From contig JANRLW010000085.1 in the NCBI GenBank assembly GCA_033762295.1, positions 1-64,000 of the forward strand: a stretch of 64,000 nucleotides of DNA. The letters are read 5' to 3'. The translations under genes and the position numbers were made by a program. Below are positions 8,960 to 18,917 of the stretch, one piece after another (position 1 is the stretch's first letter; each line of letters opens with the position of its first letter). Origin of the DNA: Capsulimonadales bacterium (GTDB lineage Bacteria > Armatimonadota > Armatimonadia > Armatimonadales > Armatimonadaceae). The notes beneath the pieces were generated by a model. The model searched no databases. It was given only the letters and a program-made list of their open reading frames with translations, and had not been told where the DNA came from.

Positions 8960-9823
8960 TCAGGGACAGGGCGAGTCCTCGGAGTCGCCGATGCCGGTGC
9001 CCGGAACGCCATGGAAGTCATTGTAGGGGTTGGTGGGCGTGCTGACCGATGCCTGCAGTTCGCCGTCCGACCGACGCAGGGGTTCGTCCGTGCGCCACGA
9101 GTAATAGGGAATCCCCGGCCGGTTCGTTCCCGCCGGTGTCACCCCTCCCGGGAACGTTCCGTTCCATCGGTACCATTTGCTGTGGCCGTCGGCGAAGTTC
9201 AAAACGAGCCCGTCCGAATGCCGCGCCATTCCCAGGAAGTTGAAGTAGTCCAGCAACGGGCTCTGTTTCATATACCCGTCGAAGAACAGGATGGTGTCCG
9301 CCGGAACCGGGACGCCGCCCAGGGTATTGGGAGCCGTTTTTTTGTTGAACGGGGTCCCGCACAGGTTTTCGCCGAACAGCCCCAGGTTCGGGACGTAGCC
9401 GACATACTGAAAGGTGATGTTTTGCAATCCGAGGGCGGCGAGCCTTGCCTTCCAATCGTTGCCCGTATATGAGGGGCATTGCAGAATCCCGATGTTCTTC
9501 AGGTACGGAGCCACCGTATCATAGACGGAGTAGGCGAGGTTCGGCGGCTGGATGTAGATGCTCATCGGAAACGTCTCGTCATAATCCTGAACGTACATCA
9601 AGACGCCGAGGGCGAGTTGTTTCTGATTGGAGAGACAGGTCGCCTGCCGGGCTTTCTCTCGCGCCTGGGCGAAAACCGGGAAGAGGATCGCGGCCAGAAT
9701 GGCGATGATGGCGATGACGACGAGCAGTTCGATCAGCGTAAAGGCGGTCCGCTGCGCGATGCCGCCCGGCCCGGCCGACGTACGATCGTTCCGCTTCCCT
9801 GCGGAACGGCGGTTAATATTCAC
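8960..9823 (-). CDS. Prepilin-type N-terminal cleavage/methylation protein (DUF1559/H-X9-DG)
   Basis: '[43 protein letters not shown]' and '[14 protein letters not shown]'; AAGGAGG RBS before GTG. Confidence 0.92.
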   Translation of the reverse strand: MNINRRSAGKRNDRTSAGPGGIAQRTAFTLIELLVVIAIIAILAAILFPVFAQAREKARQATCLSNQKQLALGVLMYVQDYDETFPMSIYIQPPNLAYSVYDTVAPYLKNIGILQCPSYTGNDWKARLAALGLQNITFQYVGYVPNLGLFGENLCGTPFNKKTAPNTLGGVPVPADTILFFDGYMKQSPLLDYFNFLGMARHSDGLVLNFADGHSKWYRWNGTFPGGVTPAGTNRPGIPYYSWRTDEPLRRSDGELQASVSTPTNPYNDFHGVPGTGIGDSEDSPCP

Positions 9824-9878
9824 TCTTTGCCTCCTTACGGAACCTCCGGCAGGCAGAAGGACTGCCTGCCGGAGAATT

Positions 9879-10763
9879 TCAGTATATTACCTTGTTCAAC
9901 GGATACTCGACAATGCCCTCCGCGCCCGCGCGTTTCAGGCGGGGAATCAGATCGCGAGCCCGCTTTTCCTCGATCACGATCTCGACCGCGGCCCAGCCCT
10001 CCTCGGAGAGCGGAGAGACCGTCGGCTTTTTCAGGGCCGGCAGTTGTGCGATCACCTCCGCCAGATGCGCCCGCTCGACGTTCATCTTCAAACCGACCAG
10101 TTCCTCGGCGTGCAACGCCCCGGTCAGCAGCAGGGCGATGTTTTCCATCTGCGCGCGCTTTTCCGGGTCGGCCCAGGAACGATGGTTCGCCACCAGACGG
10201 GTCGTGGAGGTCAGGAGAACATCGACGATCCGCAACTGGTGCGCCCGAAGACTCGAACCGGTCTCGGTGTTGACCACGATGGCATCCGCCAGAACGGGCA
10301 CCTTCACTTCATCCGCTCCCCAGGAGAATTCGACCCGGGCGTCGGTGATTCCGTGGTTCGCCAGATACCGTTCGGTGAGGCGGACATATTCCGTGGCAAT
10401 GCGCTTTCCGGCCAGATCGCGGACGGATTCGATCCGGGCAACGCCCTCCGGCGGATGTTCGGGGGCGGCGAGTACGACGCGGATCGGGTTGCGTGTCACC
10501 TTGGAATAGGTCAGTTCGCAGACCTCCTGAACATCGGCTCCGCAGTCCTCGATCCAGTCCTTGCCGGTCAGACCCAGGTCCAGAATACCGTCCTCCAGAT
10601 ACCGCGGTATCTCCTGCGGACGGATCAGGATCGCCGACAGTTCGGGATCGTCGATCGCCGGATGATAGGAACGTGACTCCACACGAATCGTCCAGCCCGC
10701 TTTATCGAAAAGGCGAATGGTCGCCTCCTGAAGACTTCCCTTCGGAAGACCGATTTTCAACAT
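9879..10763 (-). CDS. hisG: ATP phosphoribosyltransferase (long form)
   Basis: '[11 protein letters not shown]', 'RPQEIPRY', 'DLGLTGKDW', 'RIATEY', C-terminal regulatory domain '[22 protein letters not shown]'. Confidence 0.95.
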   Translation of the reverse strand: MLKIGLPKGSLQEATIRLFDKAGWTIRVESRSYHPAIDDPELSAILIRPQEIPRYLEDGILDLGLTGKDWIEDCGADVQEVCELTYSKVTRNPIRVVLAAPEHPPEGVARIESVRDLAGKRIATEYVRLTERYLANHGITDARVEFSWGADEVKVPVLADAIVVNTETGSSLRAHQLRIVDVLLTSTTRLVANHRSWADPEKRAQMENIALLLTGALHAEELVGLKMNVERAHLAEVIAQLPALKKPTVSPLSEEGWAAVEIVIEEKRARDLIPRLKRAGAEGIVEYPLNKVIY

Positions 10764-10980
10764 AAGAACGTTTCCCGGATTGCGGTCGGAACCGGAGGAA
10801 AGCCGGAAGCCCGCCGTTTTCTGCAGTATACCACCGGGCGAACCGGAACGGACCGTCCCGAGGTCGCACGCCTCGCGCACGAACAGGGAGCGAATCGCCG
10901 TCGTTTCGCGTCGTATAGGGGAGGAGGGTTCGCGCCTCACGGAATGTTTCGTGGGCGGGCCGGAACTTCCGATAAGTTTA

Positions 10981-11009
10981 TGCTATATTATGAGTGTGAC
11001 ACACTAAAA
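10981..11009 (+). promoter_or_regulatory. Extended -10 promoter overlapped by a HAIR-like (HspR-type) operator
   Basis: TGcTATATT at 10981-10989; TATGAGT-N7-ACTAAAA at 10989-11009 (HAIR consensus CTTGAGT-N7-ACTCAAG); core palindrome AGTGTG-a-CACACT. Confidence 0.6.
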
Positions 11010-11057
11010 CAATTTCATAAACCATTCCACTTTGTGCGATCACGGGGACGAAACGTT

Positions 11058-11528
11058 ATGGCCTGGCGAGATTATCGGGATCTGCTTCGACAGATGGACT
11101 TCGACATGGAACGCTTTACCGAAGAGGCGCTGATGAGCTTCCTCGATCATCCGATGGCGATGAGCCGCTTCTGGCAGCCGCCGGCGGATGTCCATGAAAC
11201 GTCGGCCGGAATCGTCATCAAGCTGGAAATCGCCGGGGTCACCGTTCAGGATGTCCAGGTGGCGCTCTCCGGTGACGGGCGGATGCTGACGGTTTCGGGG
11301 GTTCGCTCCGAACAGAGGGATGAACGCGGGGAGCGCACCGGCTGCCATCAACTGGAAATCTATTTCGGACCGTTCGAGCGCAGTTTTGCGATCCCGCCGG
11401 ATATGGAACCGGACCGGGACGCGATTCAGGCGACCTTGAAGGACGGTTTTCTGACGATCGTTCTGCCACGGCGCGAGCCCGCTCCGGCCGCGACACGGCA
11501 GATCCCGATCGAGGTGATTACGGACTGA
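11058..11528 (+). CDS. Hsp20/alpha-crystallin small heat shock protein
   Basis: 'WQPPADVHET..IKLEIAGV..LTVSGVR..EIYFGPFERSF..ATLKDGFLTIVLP'. Confidence 0.92.
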   Translation: MAWRDYRDLLRQMDFDMERFTEEALMSFLDHPMAMSRFWQPPADVHETSAGIVIKLEIAGVTVQDVQVALSGDGRMLTVSGVRSEQRDERGERTGCHQLEIYFGPFERSFAIPPDMEPDRDAIQATLKDGFLTIVLPRREPAPAATRQIPIEVITD

Positions 11529-11628
11529 CGCCACCCGATACCGGTCGACACCGGTCGACACCGGGCGGGCAGCCGACGGTCACGGAGACTCACACAACCG
11601 GGGTTATTGAGGAGAATCGCTGAAAACT

Positions 11629-14217
11629 ATGGAAAAAGATGAAAAAATCGCGGCCGTCGCCGCAACGGACGGAAACGTCCTTTCGCCCGACGGTAACAAT
11701 ATTATCGAGCAGATCCAGCAGCGAGACGGCACGCCGGAGGTGCCGGACGAGCTGAGCCTGCTGCCCCTGCGCGATGCCGTGGTGTTCCCGATGCTGGTCG
11801 TCCCGATCGGGGTGGGCCGGGATCAGTTCGTCAAACTGGTCGACGATACGGTCGTGGATGGCAACCGGATCATCGGGATCGTCACCCAGCGCGCGCCGGA
11901 TACCGAAAACCCCGGACCGACGGATATCTATCCGACCGGCGTCGTGGTGGCCATCCGAATGATGGGCAAGGGCAACGACGCCACACGTCTGATCATTCAG
12001 GGCATCCAGCGGTTCAAGATCCTGCAAATCACCCAGACGGAACCGTATATCCGTGCCCGGGTGCGCCTGATCGACGAGTCCGCGCAGATGGCGGAGGGCG
12101 ATGCGATCGAGATCGAAGCCCTGAAGCGGCAGTTGGCCGGGCTGTTCGTCCGGGCGATCGAACTGTCGCCGAATATGGCCGACGAATTGAAGCAGATCGC
12201 GACCATCGACGCCCCGCACATCATGACCGACCTGATGACGGCGCATCTGGGACGGCTCTCCACCGCGGACAAGATGACGATTCTGGAAACGCTGCCGGTC
12301 AAGGAGCGGATGAACCGTTTGCTCGGCCTGTTGACGCGCGAGGTGCAGGTGCTGGAACTCGGCGCGTCCCTGCACTCGCAGGTCGCCGGGGAGATGGGTA
12401 AAGCGCAACGGGACTACTACCTGCGCGAACAGCTGAAAGCGATCCAGAAGGAACTCGGGGAAAGCGATGACCGAACGGAGGATATCGCCGAACTCAAGAA
12501 GCGGCTGGACGAGGCGGGGCTTCCGGAGGAGGCGAAAAAGGAGGCCGACCGGGAACTCGACCGACTGCAGCGCATGTCGCCGGGCGCGCCGGAGTACTCC
12601 GTCGCCCGAACCTATATCGACCTGATGGCCTCGCTTCCCTGGAATCGAAGCACCGAGGACAACCTGGACATTCGGGAGGTCAAACGGGTGCTGGACGAGG
12701 ATCATTACGGTCTGGAAAAAGTGAAGGACCGGATTCTCGAGTACCTGTCGGTGCGGAAATTCAAGAAGGAGGGGCAGACACGACAGCCGATCCTCTGTCT
12801 GGTCGGCCCGCCGGGCGTCGGTAAGACGTCCCTGGGCCGCTCGATCGCGCGCGCCCTGGGGAAAAAGTTCTACCGGCTTTCGCTCGGTGGCGTCCGGGAC
12901 GAAGCGGAGATTCGCGGACACCGCCGCACCTATATCGGCGCGATGCCCGGCCAGATCGTTCAGGGGCTGAAGCGGGCCGAGACGAATAACCCGCTGTTCG
13001 TTCTGGATGAGATCGATAAGGTGAGCAGCGACTTCCGCGGAGACCCGTCCTCGGCGCTACTCGAAGTGCTCGACCCGGAGCAGAACGGTTCCTTCCGCGA
13101 TAACTATCTGGACGTTCCGTTCGACCTGTCGCGGGTGCTGTTCATGTGTACGGCCAACCAGCTGGACACCATTCAGGGGCCGCTGCGCGACCGTATGGAG
13201 ATCATCGAGATCGCCGGTTACACGGAGGAGGAGAAGGTCGCGATCGCCCGACAGCACCTCGTGCCGAAGCAGATCGGCGAACACGGCCTGGACCCGGAAC
13301 AGGTGATCTTCACCGACGACGGGTTGCGGAGTCTGGTCCGCGGGTACACGCGTGAAGCGGGCGTTCGTAGCCTGGAACGGGAGATCGCGGCGGTCTGCCG
13401 CAAGGTCACGCGCGGCTTCGCCGAGGGGACGATCGAGACCGTGACCGTCGATGCCGGGAAGGTTGCGGAGTACCTGGGTGCGCCCCGCTTCGAGTTCGAG
13501 GAGATCGAGGAGCGTACCGGCGAGCCGGGGGTCGTCAACGGACTCGTCTGGACCCCGGTCGGCGGCGATGTCATCTTCATCGAGGCACAGAAGATGGAGG
13601 GGTCGAAGAACCTTCAACTGACCGGGCAGCTGGGCAACGTCATGCAGGAATCGGCAAGAACCGCGCTCTCGTTTGTCCGCGCCCATGCCAGCGACTTCGG
13701 CATCGATCCGAAATTCTGGAACGATACGGAGATCCATGTCCACGTTCCGGCGGGAGCGATTCCGAAGGATGGGCCATCGGCGGGGGTGACCATGACGACG
13801 GCGATGACCTCCTTGCTGTCGGGACGACCGGTGAAGCCGGCGCTGGCCATGACCGGCGAGGTGACGTTGACCGGAAAGGTGCTGCCGGTCGGCGGCATCA
13901 AGGAGAAGGTGCTGGCCGCCAAACGCGCCGGAATCCGGACAGTGATTCTGCCGGAGAGGAATCGGAAGGATCTCGAGGAGGATATTCCCACCTCGCTCCG
14001 GGAGGGGATGACGTTCGTTTTTGCCCGGACGGTGAACGAAGTGCTGGAATATGCCCTGGAACCGACGCAAAAACCGAAACGGATCAAGGTCACGGATCGA
14101 AACAGCGGGGCGGAAAAGGCCGAGGTTCGCTCCTCGACGGCCGGTCTGCCGATTCCCGCCGATCGACCGCAGCCGACCGCACCCCCGGCTTCGGCCCGTG
14201 GACGGAAGCGTCCCTGA
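11629..14217 (+). CDS. lon: Lon protease (endopeptidase La)
   Basis: LON N-domain 'LPLRDAVVFP', Walker A 'GPPGVGKTS', 'RGHRRTYIGAMPG', catalytic 'PKDGPSAG' and 'VGGIKEKVLAA'. Confidence 0.98.
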   Translation: MEKDEKIAAVAATDGNVLSPDGNNIIEQIQQRDGTPEVPDELSLLPLRDAVVFPMLVVPIGVGRDQFVKLVDDTVVDGNRIIGIVTQRAPDTENPGPTDIYPTGVVVAIRMMGKGNDATRLIIQGIQRFKILQITQTEPYIRARVRLIDESAQMAEGDAIEIEALKRQLAGLFVRAIELSPNMADELKQIATIDAPHIMTDLMTAHLGRLSTADKMTILETLPVKERMNRLLGLLTREVQVLELGASLHSQVAGEMGKAQRDYYLREQLKAIQKELGESDDRTEDIAELKKRLDEAGLPEEAKKEADRELDRLQRMSPGAPEYSVARTYIDLMASLPWNRSTEDNLDIREVKRVLDEDHYGLEKVKDRILEYLSVRKFKKEGQTRQPILCLVGPPGVGKTSLGRSIARALGKKFYRLSLGGVRDEAEIRGHRRTYIGAMPGQIVQGLKRAETNNPLFVLDEIDKVSSDFRGDPSSALLEVLDPEQNGSFRDNYLDVPFDLSRVLFMCTANQLDTIQGPLRDRMEIIEIAGYTEEEKVAIARQHLVPKQIGEHGLDPEQVIFTDDGLRSLVRGYTREAGVRSLEREIAAVCRKVTRGFAEGTIETVTVDAGKVAEYLGAPRFEFEEIEERTGEPGVVNGLVWTPVGGDVIFIEAQKMEGSKNLQLTGQLGNVMQESARTALSFVRAHASDFGIDPKFWNDTEIHVHVPAGAIPKDGPSAGVTMTTAMTSLLSGRPVKPALAMTGEVTLTGKVLPVGGIKEKVLAAKRAGIRTVILPERNRKDLEEDIPTSLREGMTFVFARTVNEVLEYALEPTQKPKRIKVTDRNSGAEKAEVRSSTAGLPIPADRPQPTAPPASARGRKRP

Positions 14218-14240
14218 GCCGACCTGAGCGGGAACACCTG

Positions 14241-14280
14241 GGCGGTGCGGGCGATGTAACATCGCCCGCACCGCCGTTTC
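14241..14280 (+). terminator. Hairpin/terminator after lon
   Basis: 16-bp stem GGCGGTGCGGGCGATG-taa-CATCGCCCGCACCGCC then GTTTC. Confidence 0.75.
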
Positions 14281-14333
14281 ATTGTTTCAGCCAAATTTTC
14301 AGAAAATCATTCCGTTTACTGAGACAACAATCC

Positions 14334-14362
14334 TTGACACCGAAAAAGGCCGGTGCTATAAT
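14334..14362 (+). promoter_or_regulatory. Consensus sigma70 promoter
   Basis: TTGACA (14334-14339), 17-bp spacer, TATAAT (14357-14362). Confidence 0.85.
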
Positions 14363-14625
14363 CCGCGATAAGGAGTAAGACCAACGGCGGCTTTTTTCTC
14401 TCCGTTCCTCGCTTTTGTTCGCTCCAGGGTCGCTTTCGGCAGGTCGGATGCATCGATTCGCATTCGGCATTCACGGCATGGCGCCGTTCGACAGGGCTGT
14501 CCTTTGATTGAAGCGGGCTGGAACCGTTTCATCCCCTTCCGAACCCGCCTCCCCGTTCGCCGAACGCTACCCGACTTCGGGCGGTTTTCGCCGCCCTCGA
14601 TGCCATCATTTCGGAAAGGTGCACT

Positions 14626-15480
14626 ATGTCGTCACAAAATCGTCGCTCGCCGCAAGGCGCCTTCACCCTGATCGAACTGCTCGTCGTCATCGCTATCATC
14701 GCCATCCTGGCCGCGATCCTTTTCCCCGTCTTCGCCCAGGCGCGGGAAAAAGCCCGCCAGACCTCCTGTCTCTCCAACCTGAAGCAGCTGACTCTCGGCT
14801 GGATCATGTACGCCCAGGACTATGATGAGAACTTCCCGCAGTGGAAGTGGGGCGAGAACTTCAAGTCCTCCTGGGGCGATCAGGGCAGCGTCAGCCCCAA
14901 TAACGCCACCACCCTCTGGACCAACGCGATCTTCCCGTACGTTAAGAACGCTCAGGTTTATTACTGCCCGTCCGATGCTCGTGGCCTCTCCGGTCGCGAT
15001 ACCTTCGGCGGCTGGTTTGTCTGGGATGACACGCTGATCGGCTTCCCGCTGGTGCTTCAGGAGGCCAAGATGAGCTATGGCGCCAATGAACCCATCACCG
15101 ACGGTCGCACCGGACTCGCCGCCATGGATCGCCCGGCGGAATCCTTCCTGATCGCCGACATGAACACCCCGCTCTCCGGTTGGGCAGGCTTCGATAACTG
15201 GGTCGCCGCCGAAAATGCGAACGCCCCCGCCGATGATCCCCGCCGCACCAATGTCATCATGCGCATCGCCTTCCCGAAGGGTCCGGCCTGCCTCGGAACT
15301 CCGTTCAGCGATAATGGTGGCGATCTCTACTATAACCAGAGCCCGACCCTGGCCCAGTTGACCCCGAACGCCGATACCTGCGCCCGCCATAGCAATGGCA
15401 ACAATATCGGTTTCGCCGACGGCCACGTCAAATTCACCCAGGCGAAGGCGACCCTGAACCGCCTCTATGGCGTGAAGTAA
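14626..15480 (+). CDS. Prepilin-type DUF1559/H-X9-DG protein
   Basis: '[43 protein letters not shown]'; '[16 protein letters not shown]'. Confidence 0.93.
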   Translation: MSSQNRRSPQGAFTLIELLVVIAIIAILAAILFPVFAQAREKARQTSCLSNLKQLTLGWIMYAQDYDENFPQWKWGENFKSSWGDQGSVSPNNATTLWTNAIFPYVKNAQVYYCPSDARGLSGRDTFGGWFVWDDTLIGFPLVLQEAKMSYGANEPITDGRTGLAAMDRPAESFLIADMNTPLSGWAGFDNWVAAENANAPADDPRRTNVIMRIAFPKGPACLGTPFSDNGGDLYYNQSPTLAQLTPNADTCARHSNGNNIGFADGHVKFTQAKATLNRLYGVK

Positions 15481-15506
15481 CCCGCGCAACGACGCGTTAG
15501 GCATCC

Positions 15507-15537
15507 GAATGCCCGTTCCGGGAGGGAACGGGCATTC
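15507..15537 (+). other. Intergenic stem-loop (mRNA stability or attenuation element)
   Basis: GAATGCCCGTTCC-gggag-GGAACGGGCATTC, no U-tract. Confidence 0.6.
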
Positions 15538-15559
15538 ATACGACCTTCAAGGAAAGATC

Positions 15560-15754
15560 ATGAAATCGGACCACTTCCGCCCGTTCATCGGCGGTCTGCT
15601 GATGGCTGCCCTCTGCTTCCTGCCGGTTGCCGGTTGCCAGGATCCGGGGAACGAACCGGTCAAGGATGGCAAGACGGTTACCAGCGACCGGGAAGCGATG
15701 CAAAAGATGTATCGAAACACACGCTCCGGTCAGGGGACGGTCACCCCCCAATAA
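15560..15754 (+). CDS. Small lipoprotein
   Basis: AAGGA RBS; 'MKSDHFRPFIGGLLMAALCFLPVAGC' lipobox. Confidence 0.7.
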   Translation: MKSDHFRPFIGGLLMAALCFLPVAGCQDPGNEPVKDGKTVTSDREAMQKMYRNTRSGQGTVTPQ

Positions 15755-15769
15755 TCCGTTTGCGACACC

Positions 15770-17089
15770 ATGAACGACCTGATGCGATCCTCCCCGTCCT
15801 CTCCCGCTTCTCCCTCCGGTCGACGGCCGCTCCTCTGGGCACTGCTCGGCGTCGCCGCCCTTGCCTATCTTCTCTCGCTTCCCTGGCAACGTCAGCAGTG
15901 GGAGAATACGCGCAAGATCCGGGAGGAGAACGCCCTACAGGAGGCGCGTATTCGGGAGATCCGGAGTCAGCAGGAGAGTGTACGGACCGCGGAAACGCAG
16001 ATGGCGACCGGCGGGGGCGATATCAATACGCAACTCTCCGGGATTCGTGCCGTTCTCTCCCGTGGAGATACCGTTCGCGCCGGAAAACTCCTGACCGAGA
16101 TCGAGCGGACAGCCTTCGGAACGCCCGGTGCTGCGCCCAACGGTCCGCTTGCGGCGGCGCTGGCCGGCCTGTTTCAGGATGCGGGATGGATCGACCGCGC
16201 CCTGGTCAACGCTCAACGCGCCCATGACACCGACCCGAACAACATCGAGTTTCTTCTGCGACTGGGCGTGATCGAAGCGCAGATCGCCTGGCAGAAGGAG
16301 TGCCGCGCCCATATCGAAACCGCGCGCCGGGCCGCTCCGACCGCCGCCGAACCCCGTATCGCCCTGGCGCTTCTCTGTGACCAGGTAGGCGCGCTGAAAG
16401 AAGGGGAGCAGGAGCTCCTGGCCGCCGATCGTCTTCGCCCGGACGACGAAAATATTCTGCGCCTCCTGTTCCGTAACCGGATGAGCCAGCGGGAGTACGC
16501 GGCGGCGCTGGAAACGGCGGAAAAGGGTCTCCGACGGTTCCCGACCTCGACCGGCTTCCTCGCCGGACGCGCGGAGGCACTGATCGAACAGGCGCTCAGC
16601 ATCCCCGGAAAACCCGATACGGCGCGTCTGCGAACGGCCCTCGAAGCGGCGCAAAAATACCGCAGGCTCGCTCCGGACAGTATGGAGGCGCGCTTCTTTC
16701 TGGGCCGTATCCATCAGGGACTGGGAGACGACGAAAACGCCCGGCGCGAATGGGAGATCGTTTTCGCCTCGCGTGAAAAGAACGCCGCCCTGGCGATCAA
16801 TCTGGGACGGCTACTGGTACGCAACGGTGAGCGGGAACGCGGTCGACAGTTGATCGAGGCCGGGGAGAAGCAACGCGCCGAGGGTACGGACTATAACCGC
16901 CTCCTGATTACCGCCGGCATGATGCGAAACGACGCGGAAAAACAGCGGGAGTTCGCTCGCTGGTGTCAGACGCGCCGCCGTTACTCCCATGCCATCTTCG
17001 GCTGGGATCAGGTATTGAAAGTCCGGCCGGACGACGTCGAAGCCCGTCGCGAACGCGAAACCTGCGTCCGCCGACGGGTCGACGGATAA
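15770..17089 (+). CDS. Membrane-anchored TPR protein
   Basis: N-terminal TM 'LLWALLGVAALAYLLSLPW'; multiple TPR-like helical pairs. Confidence 0.8.
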   Translation: MNDLMRSSPSSPASPSGRRPLLWALLGVAALAYLLSLPWQRQQWENTRKIREENALQEARIREIRSQQESVRTAETQMATGGGDINTQLSGIRAVLSRGDTVRAGKLLTEIERTAFGTPGAAPNGPLAAALAGLFQDAGWIDRALVNAQRAHDTDPNNIEFLLRLGVIEAQIAWQKECRAHIETARRAAPTAAEPRIALALLCDQVGALKEGEQELLAADRLRPDDENILRLLFRNRMSQREYAAALETAEKGLRRFPTSTGFLAGRAEALIEQALSIPGKPDTARLRTALEAAQKYRRLAPDSMEARFFLGRIHQGLGDDENARREWEIVFASREKNAALAINLGRLLVRNGERERGRQLIEAGEKQRAEGTDYNRLLITAGMMRNDAEKQREFARWCQTRRRYSHAIFGWDQVLKVRPDDVEARRERETCVRRRVDG

Positions 17090-17106
17090 CCTGGCGAACG
17101 GGGACG

Positions 17107-18099
17107 TTATCCGCCCGGCGCGGGCGTAAACTCCGTCGTCGGCACCTGCGGGACCTCCTCCGCCTCGCCTTCGGCGGGTGGCTCTTCCCGTATGCTCTTC
17201 ATGACGCGCAGAAAGACCGGCTTCACCTTACTCCATTCGGCTTCCGGGCAGTGACAGACGACGGAGGCGATATACGCGCCCCCACCGAACACTCCCCGGA
17301 AGCCGTGCACCTTTCCGCCCAGCCGGTACCAGGGTTCGCTGGCGGTGAACTCGTACAGCCGGACATCCGGTTCCATATCCACCCGGATATTCGCCGCCGC
17401 TCCCATCGCCGCCAGTTCCTTCAATCCTTCCGTGGAGGCCATTTCGCTGTCGACGTCCTTTTGCTGTGTCTCCCGGTAGTGGATGTACCGGCCGGCAATC
17501 CCCTTCCTCTGCAGGCGGGCGACCGTTCCGGCGTTGCCCTTGCCGGTCATCGCGCCGGGGGTGATCTCGCCGCCGAAGAGCAGTTGTCCGTGTGCCAATC
17601 CGGCCACGGTGCTCATCGTGATCTCCATGCGGGCGCTGCCCGAACGCAATATCAGCCCGTTTTCCTGCGACGACAGAGGCACCCCGGCGGCTTCCCCGGT
17701 CGCCTTCGCCTCCCACCCCTTCGGCGTCTCGCAGGTGAAGGAGTGATCGGCAGCCGAAAATGGTTGGTATTCCCGAACGTCGCTCGCCGGCCGGGGCAGT
17801 TGCGAGACGACGTACGCGGCGAGGACGATCACTGCCAGCAGGGCGCCGCCACCGAACAGCATTGCCCGGACACGCGGTCCGTTATCCTGCGCCTCCTCCT
17901 CTTCGATCACCCGCCGCAGATTCCGGGCGGGGTCCGGCGGGGTGTTGTCCGTGGACGGCGCGGCCGTTCGCAGGTAGGCATCCGCCGGGGGCGTCGGGGC
18001 GGGTGGCGTCTCCTCTTTTTCGATCTTCCCGCCTTTTTCGGTCTTCCCGCCGATCGGCTGCAATCCGACCGGTTTCAACAGGTCCCGGGGGTCGCTCAT
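17107..18099 (-). CDS. Hypothetical single-pass membrane protein (paralog of 6356-7009)
   Basis: GGAGGAG RBS; TM 'MLFGGGALLAVIVLAAYVV'; shared 'EFTA..KVHG(F/Y)R..C.E.(E/D)W' motifs. Confidence 0.75.
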   Translation of the reverse strand: MSDPRDLLKPVGLQPIGGKTEKGGKIEKEETPPAPTPPADAYLRTAAPSTDNTPPDPARNLRRVIEEEEAQDNGPRVRAMLFGGGALLAVIVLAAYVVSQLPRPASDVREYQPFSAADHSFTCETPKGWEAKATGEAAGVPLSSQENGLILRSGSARMEITMSTVAGLAHGQLLFGGEITPGAMTGKGNAGTVARLQRKGIAGRYIHYRETQQKDVDSEMASTEGLKELAAMGAAANIRVDMEPDVRLYEFTASEPWYRLGGKVHGFRGVFGGGAYIASVVCHCPEAEWSKVKPVFLRVMKSIREEPPAEGEAEEVPQVPTTEFTPAPGG

Positions 18100-18353
18100 G
18101 TCTCTCCTCCGAAAGTGAGGCATTCCTCGTTGGTACGGTCGGTACGGTCGATGCGAGCGGCCATTCCGCTCCCTGTCCGCCGACCAAACGACAGACACGC
18201 ACTCCGCCCCGTCGGTTACATCGACGATGCTCCGGCAGGATTTATGGTCTCGATGTTCGAAAAGGATTTCGGCGTCCGTTTTGCTGAGTTTCCGTAATGC
18301 CGTTCGACGGTAAGTGACGGTAAGGAACCTGATCGTTCCGAAAGGAAGGGACT

Positions 18354-18839
18354 ATGGAAAAGCCAGCAAAGAACACGATTTGTCTGTGGTACGACGGAGA
18401 CGCCGAGAACGCCGCGCGATTTTATGCCGAGACATTTCCGGACTCAGCGGTCCGCGCGGTACACCGCGCCCCGGGAGATTTTCCGTCCGGGAAGCAAGGG
18501 GATGTCATGACGGTCGAGTTTACGGTGATGGGGATCCCCTGCCTCGGCCTTAACGGCGGACCGGCGTTCAAGCACAACGAAGCCTTTTCGTTTCAGGTCG
18601 CCACCGCGGACCAGGCGGAAACGGATCGTTACTGGAACGCTATCGTCGGGAATGGCGGCGAGGAGAGCGCGTGCGGTTGGTGCAAGGACAAGTGGGGATT
18701 ATCCTGGCAGATCACGCCGGTCGCTCTGACGGAAGCCATCACCGATCCGGACCCCGCTGTCGCCGGACGGGCATTTGAAGCGATGATGCGGATGAAAAAG
18801 ATCGACATCGCGACCATCGAGGACGCTCGTCGCGGTTGA
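18354..18839 (+). CDS. VOC family protein (PhnB-like / 3-demethylubiquinone-9 3-methyltransferase-like)
   Basis: 'ICLWYDGDAENAARFY', 'LNGGPAFKHNEAFSFQV', 'CGWCKDKWGLSWQI'. Confidence 0.92.
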   Translation: MEKPAKNTICLWYDGDAENAARFYAETFPDSAVRAVHRAPGDFPSGKQGDVMTVEFTVMGIPCLGLNGGPAFKHNEAFSFQVATADQAETDRYWNAIVGNGGEESACGWCKDKWGLSWQITPVALTEAITDPDPAVAGRAFEAMMRMKKIDIATIEDARRG

Positions 18840-18917
18840 AGGGGCATCGGGCGATCGCTCGGGTGCTGACGACCGCACTACCCGCACCGTTTTTCCGCTC
18901 CCGGAAGGAGAACAGGG

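Noticed and set aside
11540..11564. ACCGGTCGAC tandem repeat (about 2.5 copies) between hsp20 and lon
   Set aside because: Too short, no spacers and GC-rich; not CRISPR-like and plausibly chance or slippage.
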